In this document: positions 36,444-47,378 of the stretch, piece after piece
Position numbering within the stretch: the first letter of the stretch is position 1
Layout of the letters: every line of letters begins with the position of its first letter
DNA from: Phyllosticta citribraziliensis
Taxonomy: Eukaryota
Length of the DNA: 64,000 nt
NCBI RefSeq assembly: GCF_038025025.1
Contig: NW_027117338.1
Location: 124,001-188,000, forward strand
Direction of reading: 5' to 3'
The notes under the pieces: generated by a model
The model's input: the letters and a program-made list of their open reading frames with translations, nothing else
Told to the model about the DNA's origin: nothing
The model's database searches: none
Position numbers and translations under genes: made by a program

Positions 36444-36814
36444 TCATCTCTTTCCCTTGACAACGGCCTTTTTGGGCGCCGCCGGCATTGGAACGTACTT
36501 GTAGCCCGTGGGACCGTCGAGGTCAAAGTCGATCGAGCGGCGGCCGTCTTCTTTGTCGTAGAATTCCTCCTTGCTGAGGACGCGTCGCCGCTTGCGGAGC
36601 AGCATGACGAAAACTATGGCGGCGCCGAGGAAGATGCTACAGCCAACGTGTTAGAGAGCCGACTTCGAAATGCAAGGGCGGCGGTATTTACATACCACAC
36701 GAAAATGGTAATGGGGACTCCGGTCTTGAGCGCGGTGCTCACAGGCTTTTCGCACGTGTTGCCCTGGTCATTGTCCTTGCACGGGTCCCGGGAGGCCAAA
36801 TTGACGGCTGGCAT
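36444..36814 (-). CDS. 103-aa single-pass membrane protein resembling the Skg6/Tos2-type N-terminal TM module; exons 36814-36696, 36636-36444
   Basis: The 59-nt intron 36695-36637 (GTATGT..CTAAC..TAG) joins the frames into MPAVNLASRDPCKDNDQGNTCEKP..GVPITIFVCIFLGAAIVFVMLL-RKRRR..RSIDFDL..KGKR*. TATAA about 145 bp upstream. Confidence 0.72.
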
Positions 36815-38947
36815 GGTGAAGAGGGAGCGAGCGTCCTGGTGGTAACGAGTGGTCGCGAAGGAAAAGGTTGTGGTGAGAGATATCGAGAGTCAAAGTGGCC
36901 TTGGGGGGGAGAGGGCGGATAAAGTGCCAGACGAAACACGAGCGAGGGGAAGTAGTTGGTTATAAAGGTCATTAAAGTCTTGCGGCCAAAGCGATGGGGA
37001 GATTAGGGAGCAGGTAGGGATGGAGTCGGTGGCAGCCAATGACGGAATCCATCCGTCTCAGCAGCAGCCAAGGAAGAAGCTCGGGAGCGCGGGACAAACG
37101 GCCAGGGCAACTAGCACTCGACTCCCAAACATTCCACACACAATCAGCATTCCCCAGCCGCGTCGCACCTCGCATCACCCTCGTCCATGGCGGGCGAGCC
37201 CGCCAACGAATCTCTGCAGCTTCTGCATGCCAAGCCATCACGCCGGAGCTTGACGCCGTCAAGCAAGCAAGCCCAAAGCCGCAGTTCTCTCATGGCCGTT
37301 GCTGCAAGGCCGTCAACTCAACTCGGACGGCTCGACAGACTTTGCCCACCCCGTCTCTTCGTCGTCCGATCGTCTCTGAGACGATGAGGCACCAATCCAC
37401 CCGCCGCGCCCAAAGACACGCAGCACCGGACGTCGTCATCCACCTCATCTGCTCTTCCGTCCTGAGCTGTAAGACTCTCACACGAACCTCTGACATCTCT
37501 GATGCGCGCGTCCAACCTTCTTGCCAAGCTGGCTCTTCGCCTTTTTCAACGCCCGCATTCATCCGGTCTGGCAAAAGTTTTGGACAATGCAAATCTTGAG
37601 AACGACGTCGTCTTGCTCGTGTCTCGCTCGCCACGGGTACCAACCGGCAAGATTCCATCTCCGACCTGACTGACTGACCGACGGCCACGTCTTGTCGTGT
37701 TTGAACGACCGAGCAAGATGGCATGTAGCTTTTCCGCCATGCTTGCTGCAGCTCACCTCCTGACCCCGATTAAGCTTTGCCTTTTTTGGGACCTCTTCAG
37801 CCACCATCATCCTGTCAAGCTCCAAAACAGGCTCGGATATACGCACGGCCGCGATCCTGCCCGCCCCAGGCCTCCAAGGAGCTTTCCACGTGTTGCGCTA
37901 GGTCGCCTCCTCATGGCCGTCTGACCAAAGGACCCGGAATGACAGTCGTGACACTGACGGCAGTCATCATTCAAACTCGACGACGCGGAATTGTTTGGAG
38001 CGTGTTGCAACGTCCACTTGCAACGTACGCCGTCTTTCACCTGAACACTGCAACATCCTTCTGCGAGACTCTACCGCGCTGCATGCAGCCCGCCCGCGCT
38101 CAGTGCAATGTGCTTGTGCCGTACTGGACAGTACATGTTTGGTGCCTCGAAAGCTGCCTCTCACCGCCAAAGGATTCGTCGAAACACGACTGCAGGTTAA
38201 GCTCGAATGCGCGCATTGCGGAATACTGTGCTGCAAACAGATCCTTATGCATAGATTGATCATTATGCTTGAATGGACTTGTTTGCCAGGCCGCTCACCA
38301 GCCCCGTCATGTCGAAGCAGGCAAGTAGTCAATCTCGATTGACAGTCCTCGATTCCCATCTCTGTCTTGACTTTCGATCTTGCGCGGTACTACATCCTCG
38401 CGGCCTCCTCTACACCCATCATCATCATCGCATGGTCTGTCGTCCAGACAGGTAGGTAGTACAAGCCATCACGTTATCATCAAACATCGGGATCCATCCC
38501 CCGGACCTCGTGTTGCAAACCTCCATTTCAGCTAGTCGCTTTTCTACCAGTCTTCCAGCTCATTTGCCATTGTCGCTTTACCCGCCGTCTTCCATGAGGC
38601 CAATCTCCGAGTGCAGCCAGTGTCTATTCGGCAATCTTGCCGCCTTTGACGACTCGCGCCGTCTCCGCCGCTGCGGCTGCGTTAGTTGTGTTACTTTTGC
38701 GGGTGGAAAAGAGAGCACATTTGTTGCGAGCAAGTCTCGCTTCTATATTGCAAAACCAGTGTCTTGCTGCAACTACCTTCAAGCAAACAGGCTGCGGCAT
38801 GATTTCACGACCAGTCTTCGGCCCAAAAGGATTTTCAAAGCGCTCGTTGTCTAACCTCAGCATCTCAACGCTGCAATTCCGCTGCGATGGAAGAAAACCA
38901 GAACGGCGCGCGTCTCTTCCACTCCAAACCCATTCCAGCCAGCCCGT

Positions 38948-40322
38948 CTACTCATAAACCACGCGGTTGACCAACGTCCCAATACCTTCAATCTCCACCC
39001 TCATGTCGTCGCCATGCTTCAAGACAACCTTCGGGTCCCGCATAATGCCCACGCCGGGCCCGGTACCCGTCATGATGACGGTGCCCCTCTCGAGCGTCGT
39101 GCCCTGGCTCAAAAAGCTAATCTGCTTGGCGATACCAAAGATCATCTCGCGGGTATTCGAGTCCTGAACGGAGCTGCCGTTGTGCAGGGCACGAATGCGC
39201 AGGGAACCAGCATCTGGCGCGGCGAGAGCGCGCGGAGCAACGAGGACGGGGCCAATGGGCGCGCTGCCGTCGAAGCCCTTGCTGAAGCTCCACTGGCTCG
39301 TCGCGAACTGCTGGGTGCGGGCGCTGACGTCGTTGCCGGCCGTGTAGGCCAGGACGTGGTCGAGGGCCTTGTCCTCGGGGATGTCGCGGCCCTCCTTGCC
39401 GATGACGACCGTCAGCTCGGCCTCGTAGTCCGAGGTGCCGTCTTGCGCCAGCTTGGGGACGGGGATGGCGGCCGGGTGCGGCCCGTTGATTGCGGTGCGT
39501 GGTTTGATGAAGAGGATGGGCACCGTGGGGATGGCCATTTTGGCTTCGCGGGCGTGGTCGCGGTAGTTGAGGCCCATGCAGCGGATTAGGGGGATGTCGG
39601 TGGGTTGGAGGGGAGGGAGGAGCTGCGGGGTGGGTTAGTTGTGCAGGTCGGTGGTGAGTGGACGGAGTGGAGTCGCAAAAATGGTAAGAGAGAGACGACG
39701 AGGAGACCCAAACTGAATCCGAGCAAGTATCACACGAAGAAAAGCACAGCTCTTCCTCGTGGTCGTCGTCATCATCTTCTTCTTCGCCCTCCAAACCAAA
39801 CAGAGAAGAAAAGAAAAACACTCCGTCACACAAATCAAACATCAAACTCACCGTCTGCACCGTTAACTCCCTCTCCGTCACAACACCATCATACAACCCG
39901 CCCGTCACCTCCTTCACCCTAACCTCCTCTTTCCCTTCGTACGCCGCCAGCCCGACGTCCGGGTACCGCGCCGCGTCGACCTGGCCGTAGTGCGGCAGGC
40001 CGTCCTCCTTGGCGACGAAGCGAATCAGGTGCGTCCAATTGCCCATTTTGGAACTGGCGGTGCTCTGCAGTTGAGCTCTTTTGCTAGACGGGAAATGCTG
40101 CGGGGAGGTGGACGTCAACGGGCGCCTCTGGTGCGCGAATCGCGGGGAGAGATGGTGTCGAGGTGCTGGTGCGCGGGGACGCAGCGGAGTAGTGGTAGAG
40201 GTGGCGGAGGATTTGGGTGTATGGAAAAGCAGCGGAAGCACGCGCTTGCTGGCGTAATTGGACAGGTTGCGGTGGTAGGAGCGAGATGTGGAGGGGTGGA
40301 GAGCGGCGGCGCGAGTGTACAT
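38948..40322 (-). CDS. Fumarylacetoacetate hydrolase-family protein (FAHD/HpcE-like); exons 40322 (or 40046)-39852, 39622-38948
   Basis: Motifs CMGLNY, PILFIKP, DYEAEL, GNDVSAR, SKGFD, MTGTGPG. The 229-nt intron 39851-39623 is GTGAGT..ACTAAC..CAG. Confidence 0.9.
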
Positions 40323-40712
40323 GTAGTCGGGAACGGCGGGGGCTAAAAGATTCATCACCCATTGATCGGAATAAGGCGCGGATATAGTGAGGGGAGGTGG
40401 ACGTGGGGTACGGTAGGGTTCGTGGTGGAGAGCGGGGTCTAGAAATTGGGCCGTGTCGTTGGCAGGGCGGGTAGGATGAGCCACAACGGGTCTACCTACT
40501 AGCCACAGTGGCTGGCGCTGGGTGCATTTCCGGCGCGTCCCGACGCGTCTCCCGTCATGCCTGAGGTGGGCAAAATGGTCACCCATGACTCCCGAGCACT
40601 TGGCCAGAATGTCTATCTGGACGCGTTTCCCACGCGCGCATTACCAACTCGCAACATCTGCACCCCTCTCATCATGACATTGAATCCATTCTTGAGCAAA
40701 ACCCCACTCTGA

Positions 40713-41937
40713 ATGTCAGCCTCAGGTAGCTCGGGCGGTCCAAGCACCGCGGCCGCGTCGAACAAAGGAAAGAAGCGGAAGCATGACGACGACGACGACA
40801 ACAGGCCCAAGCCTTTTGATGTCCTGCTCCAAGGACGCGACATGGACACGGTAAAGAACATGAAGGTGTCGGAGTTCTTTGCGCCAATGCTCAACTTGAA
40901 GGTGTCGGAATTCTTCCAGCAATTGAGACAGAGCGTGCCCTCGGCTGCACCCACTTCTTCTACTGCCCCAACTGCTCCCCCTACCACTGCGCCCATTGCA
41001 CAGACCCCTGCTCCCGCTGTGCAAGACACGGCGCAAGTGCCTGGTATCGAACACGCTTACGGCACGGGATACGACGACGATGAACTCGATATTTACGATT
41101 CCGACGATTCCGACGATTCCGAGGGCGAGCCCAAGTACTACGCCAACGCCCCCGTCACCGAGGTGAGCGAACCACGCATCTACATATCTTGCAGTCGTCT
41201 CTAACAAGAAGCAGGGCAAAGTCGAGCCGCCCGAGAACTTCAGCCCGCAGTGTCGCTGCACGCAAGGTAAGGGAAAGGGCAAGGGCAAGGGAGGCGGCGG
41301 TCCTTGCGCCAACTGCGCGTGCAGCAAATGGGGCAAACGCTGCTCGCCGCAGACGTGCGGCTGCAGTGGCGGCGTTTGCCAGAACCCCTTCAACATTCTG
41401 AACCTCGAGGAGATCTTTGGGTCTGCGGATCCGGTCCTGTCGCCTTGCTTCATCTCGTGGATTCTCAAGCGCGGGTACGCCAAGGCGAGGGTGCGGCTGG
41501 AGCACATCACGCTCGAGTGGCTGTTCGAAAAGATTGGCCAGAGTGGGGAGGCCGAGTGCAACGACGCTTGGGAGGCTTGGTTTAAGGAGTGGGCCGCGGT
41601 GGTGGACAACGCCAACCCGGATGAGAAGACGCAGGCCATGCGCGCCCTGCTCCGCCTCGCCTTCGACGAAGACGCCACCCACGCGGGCGAACCCAACGGC
41701 CACTTCTTCTCCTTCTGCCGGCCCATCAGGAGCAACAACGCCGCCATCGGCCGGTGGGTGCAGGCAGACTGCACGTGGCACTGTCGCGGCTGCGGCGAGT
41801 GCATGGATTGGAGGGAATGGCACTGCCGCAAGTGCAACAAGTGCGCCTATGGCGTCAGTCTGCCCTGCGACGGCTGCCAGGGCGTCTGTTCGTCTTACCA
41901 CTACATGATGAAGATGGAGGGGGGGGACCGCGGGTAG
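40713..41937 (+). CDS. 390-aa Cys-rich protein: NLS-like KKRKH, acidic linker, tesmin/CXC-like 9-Cys domain, C-terminal tandem HCxxCxxC zinc finger; exons 40713-41162, 41215-41937
   Basis: Intron 41163-41214 (GTGAGC..CTAAC..CAG), phase 0. Exon 2 reads CRC..CANCAC..C..CGC..CQNP and then [34 protein letters not shown]. Confidence 0.8.
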
Positions 41938-44278
41938 GTACTCTTGTGGCTCGATGTGAGCTTCCCGTCAGTCCAATCGCCGACGCAGCTCCCACGATCG
42001 AACTGGCTTGACAGTATACGATGCTGTTCTCTCGACGAATTCTTGGATGTCGAATGATCGGGGACAGCCTCGCGGCTTTTGGACCCAATTTGTATAAGTT
42101 CAGCAAGCCACGATCCTTGGCTAGCCCCTCTATATTGTAGGCCGGAAGGTTGATAATAGCGCCAGCAACTCAAGTAGCCTGATGAATGACAAACGCTCTC
42201 GTACCCTCTCGTACTCATAACGTTAGGTACTTGCCAGCTCAGTCCCTTCCTGAAGAATCACCACTGAAGCAAAGGTAGGTTAAGTCGTAAACATATACGA
42301 CGGCAAGCATATACATACAACCTTTACGCTCCCTTACCCCATCGTCCCCCTGGACCCGCCGCTGGTCGAAAATTGCGCTGCTCGAAGAGAACAACGGCTT
42401 CTCCAATCATTCGCCCAACAACAGAGTCATAGTCCTCCTCGTGTCCGATGCATTTTGGAAAGACTGGCACTGCACCTTCTTCTTCTTCTCAGCCTCCCCC
42501 CCTCCTCCTGCTTACACCGCATTGCGCGATAGGATAATCAGTGCTTCCCTGGGTTTCTCTCCCGTCGTGGGGCTGCGTGCACTCGAAAATAATATCGAGC
42601 GATGAGTTGGTAGGGCTTGAGAACGGTTGAGCGTGACTCGCTTGGCTTTTGGCGAGGGGAGTCTTGCCAGATGTTGGAGGGGAGGGGAGGTTGAGAGGGG
42701 TCTGCTCGTAGAGAAGGGGGGCAAAACTAGGATGTGGGGGTTTTTTTGACTGTTCCCCTTTTTTTTTGCTGCCAATGGGATGGAGCTCGAGACGAGCGGT
42801 TATGTTGCTTGAAATCTTCTTTGAGCCTCAGAGGAGAAAAGGAAGATGCCAGTCGCTTCTCCTTGAAGTAGAGGACTAGACCTATTCTGCCGTGGGCGTC
42901 ACAACAACTTTCCAAAGCGCAATGACGCTCAAGGCGAAGGAAGAGAAGGACGAAGAGACAAGCCCACCAGCGCAAAATGTTATCTCTGACTATAAGAATT
43001 GAGGCAACCGAGGGTCCAGTGAGCATGGAGCAAAAAGACAAAAGGAAATGCAGCTTCTGTGGATCGAACACAGTACCTCCAGATACCGCACAGGGCTGAT
43101 GCTACCATTTGATGTTGGTCATTTGGTAGATCGTGAAACCGAAGTGAGACTTCAGTCTGGCGCTCTCCCAAGTGAGCTAAAGCTGCAATTGATGACAAAG
43201 CAAGAGGAATTTTGTAAATATAATGTGCGTTACAATTGTCACCTACCTCTATCCATATGTGCAACAAATGGGTTTTGCTTGTTTCCATACCACAATTGAC
43301 TTGGTTAGAGACAATTGCAACAGTGTCTCGACAAGGTCTCTCGCGAAGGATGGTGGTAGACAAAGGGGTGTCTTGATGAAGTAAGTGATTTTCAGACGAT
43401 TTCTGTGGCACAGCGGCAGCAAAACAGATGACCACAAAATTGGAGAGACGCAAGAAGCAGAATGAATGATAAGAATGTGCTCGCGTGACCACCAATGCCT
43501 CATGACCAAGACATCGGCTAAGCAATTGCTGATAGCAAGGCTGGGGCGATGGGTTTGAAGGATTCAAGAGGTGATGGTTGTGGCGTCCAAGGGGTACAGG
43601 GGCTGCGGGGAAGCGTGCGACAGCCGACGGGACGCGTCCAGCGGCGCGCGTCTACCTTGCGATCGACCTTTGTCCACCAACTTTCTTCACCACAACTGTC
43701 TCTCCTCTGACCGCTCCGCCATCAAATCAGGCGCCCATGCGGAAATGTTGTACGCAAACCGAAAATTCATCCCAGCTGCATGCCGAGCTGAAGCTAGCCG
43801 CTTGGCCATGATACAACGCCCGCACATCGACTCGGTCCGTGTCACTTATCAACCACAGGCCGGACTTAGCATCGCAGATTGGATTTGGCCGAGCGCAGAC
43901 TCTCCCCATGCCCAGGACATGCTCCCACTCGCCTCTCTGCAGCTTGGGGTCTCGTCTCGTTCCCGTCTCGGGCGCTTGTCCGGTCACACGGCGGGCTTCC
44001 AGCTTCGGGCAAACCACTGTTGCCGACAGCTTCAAGATCGATAAATTACATTTTCTGATTCGTGCTCTCTTCTTGCGCGTTCCGCCGCGGGCGAAAAAAG
44101 ACTTGGTACCTGCGCCACTTGGCCCACAGGCGTCGTCACCGCATCATCAGCTGTGGGAAGATTCAATACAGACCGTATCACGAGTGACTGCTGATACAGG
44201 TATTAGGAGAACCCCCCCTCCGCTTTCTTCTCTTGCAATGTCGCGCCCTCCCTCTCAACCTGCGCCATCCGCTTCGAC

Positions 44279-46027
44279 ATGCGGCTGATCCTCGCCGCGC
44301 TTCCAGCGTTTGCGAGCGCCCTCCCTTCGCCCGACTTCAATTCCCTCTGGTATGATCAGGGTCTGTTCGGCGCCTACCCGTCGCGAGACTACGTCTCCTT
44401 CGACTTGTCTTCCCCGCGGGTGAACATCCTCTCGTGGAGCACACAATGCGATCCGGGCCACATTTTCCTCGAGCCTCGCGGGCGGTCCGTGGCGAAGCCA
44501 GGTCCCATGATTCTCGATGCCGAAGGAAACCTCGTATACATGGAGGAAAAGTTTGGAGAGGCCATGGACTTTCGTCCTCAGACTTACAAGGGGGAAGATT
44601 ATCTCACATTTTGGTCCGGTACCGACGATGGGACTCACGGGAGGGGTTCTTATTACATGGTATGGCTGCTCTTGATGGACTTTTCTTTTGGAAGCTAACG
44701 TGGGGAAGCTGAACTCTTCGTATCATGTGGCGCGGGTAGTCAACCCCACGAATGGGCTCGAAGGCGACCTCCATGAGTTTGAAATAACTCCCAACGGTAC
44801 TGCGCTCATGTCCATTTATGAAATCATCCCGGCCGATCTCTCTTCTGTCGGTGGACCCAAAGAAGGCTGGATATACGACGGGCTGTTCCAAGAGCTGGAT
44901 ATCGAAACAGGCGAAGCTCTTTTTGAGTGGCGAGCCTCCAGCTTCTACAACGTCAGCGACTCCTTTGCGCCGTTGAAAAAGAAGGGCAAGAGCAAGGACG
45001 ATGCATGGGACTATTTCCACATCAACAGCGTGGACAAGGGCTCTGATGGCAACTACTACATCTCGTCGCGCTACATGCACACCATCACCTGCATTGGACC
45101 CGACGGCCAGGTTCGATGGAAGCTTGGGGGGCACGACAGCGACTTTACCGACCTGTCGCATGGAGCCGCCTCGAACTTTTCATGGCAACATCACATGCGC
45201 TACTTTGAAAAAGATACCTTGACGATTTTCGACAATGGCGCATACGACAAGAACTTCTACACTGCTGATTACAGCCGCGGACTCTACATTCAACTCGATC
45301 TCGCCAACATGACCGCGACCCTCCTGGCCGACTACGTCAGCCCTGCCCACATTCTCGCGCATTCACAAGGATCCGTCCAGTTTCTCGACAATGGCAACGC
45401 CTTTGTGGGATGGGGACATTCAGCAGCCTTTACAGAATTCAAGCGCAGTGGAGAAGTGCTGTGCGATATGCATTTTGGAAGCTCTGCTTTTTTCGGCTGG
45501 GGCTGGATAAAGTCGTACCGCGCATTCAAAGGCAACTGGGTGGGGCGGCCAACGTGGTCTCCTAGCATCGCAAGACGAAAGAGCAAGGTCTATGTGAGCT
45601 GGAACGGTGCGACTGAAGTCAAGAAATGGACATTGCAAGCGGCTTCCGACACCGACGGCAATTTCACGGACGTGAGCACAGTGGACAAAGTGGGATTCGA
45701 GAGCAGCTTCAATCTCGCCGGGAAACCCGGACACTTCCTCAGAGCAGCGGCACTTGACAAGAATGGCGAGGTCTTGGGATACTCCCAAGTGTTGGATAGC
45801 CGTATGGGCCAGCTTGTAAGTTGACCGCAGCCTTTTCCAGGATCAGTCTTCCTTAAGAATCGAGTGCTAACCCCCAAGGGTAGGTTGATGGTCCGTTCTC
45901 GCCAATGACTGATGACGACCTCGTATTCCTCCAATTCTTACTCGGACTGCTTGCCTGCGGAACCCTTGGACTCATTGTCTGGAACGTCTACCCGTCGTTG
46001 AGGCTACGACGCTTCAAGCGTTTCTGA
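44279..46027 (+). CDS. Arylsulfotransferase (ASST)-like protein with signal peptide and C-terminal TM anchor; exons 44279-44659, 44709-45815, 45884-46027
   Basis: Motifs GDLHEF, WDYFHINSV, FSWQHH, IFDNG, SQGSVQ, SWNGATEV. The last exon encodes LVFLQFLLGLLACGTLGLIVW followed by a basic tail. Confidence 0.85.
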
Positions 46028-47378
46028 GCCTTTACCAGCTCATCCGCGGCAGAAAGGCGTCGGTACCGAGGCAGATTCGTTCTGCGCATTGCCTCGACAC
46101 GTATATACTACTGTACAGCAGCCGTTCCTACCGATGACGAAGACATGACGATAACTCATGGACGGAGTAAGGGGTTGGAGAATCAGTGTAACATAATTTC
46201 GGCATTCCTGGGCGTTTGCACCTTTATACCCTACAATGGCAAGACGGATCAGTTTTCTACTCAGGTCGCTTTCTCCTTTCATACACCGCTGAGCCCTTGA
46301 ACCATGCCGCATTGATGCAGCGCAACCAGACGAGAGCAGCTTTGGAAGCAGAAAGAAAAGCTTCGGTCACGAGGCGATGCGTTCGATGCTTACAAAATTG
46401 ATTGAGCACTCTGCCTCGCCCTTACACCACTCGAGAACAAGGTTGAGCGGCTTACCCTGCATATAGATAGCGCCCACGCCGGGCCGTCGGCTTAGCGTCG
46501 CTGTGCTTATGTCTAGTGATTTGTTGTCGGCGAGCCAGCACTATAGCCGTCGGGCAATTCTTCCCTTCTCAACCCGAGTACGGTGAAGTCGGCGTTCGTG
46601 GTCGGCCTCCCAACTCCGTACTTGGAGTCTTTTTAGGCGCCATTGGCGCGATGAGTGCGAACATGCTCAAAGCCGTCGCCGCACGAGGCCGTACCGCAAG
46701 CTTACAGAGACAGCGAAGAACAGGTGGAGCAATCAGCTGAGCGAGCAAATTTCAGCTGTGCATGCCGGAAAGCTGTTGAAAGAGACGGTGGAAACAACTG
46801 CGACCAGTTGGCTAAGCGGCATCAATGAACATCCGAGTCAGGTAAACAGATAAACACCGAGCTACCGTCCATTCCCAGATTCGACTATCAACACGGGCAT
46901 TAGTTCAATTGACCAAGACGGATCCACGCAGGGACGGGAGCGTTGCGGTCAAACGGCGAACCAATCCAGAGCCGCGCGCATTCAACTTCACCCGTCCGCC
47001 CGTCATTCTCCAGCCACCAACGACAGCACATCAACGCCGTGACCCGGATGGCATTGCGCACCGCAAAAGCTTATTTTGACAAGATGTGCTTGTCTATGAG
47101 TCTTGGACGCCGTGTTAGGAAGTCCGCTTGAGGTGTTGGGACAGAAAAGAAAGGCTTATAGGTCACGACACTATGTCGCCTTCGCGACCTGCCTGTTTGG
47201 GTAAAGTGCTCCCGTCTTGACTGGCTTCAACCCACCCTCTAGTGCTTGACCGTACGATTTTGGCGCCGCAAGTACGAACGACAGCACTTTGCTGCTGTTG
47301 GGACATTTCTATTCTTTTACCCGTGTTTTCGACGTGCTGTCGTGAAATCTTCGTCGCATTTCTATTGCCACAAGCATC

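Noticed and set aside
37000..38900. Several 60-190 aa ORFs in the spacer
   Set aside because: Overlapping on both strands, with no codon bias or splice-consistent model.
39700..39790. C/D-box snoRNA in the FAH intron
   Set aside because: A box C-like AUGAUGA is present but there is no downstream CUGA box D.
38948..40322. FAH hydrolase as part of the sugar-acid cluster at 1.5-5.9 kb
   Set aside because: 33 kb away with many unrelated housekeeping genes in between; no sequence evidence of linkage.
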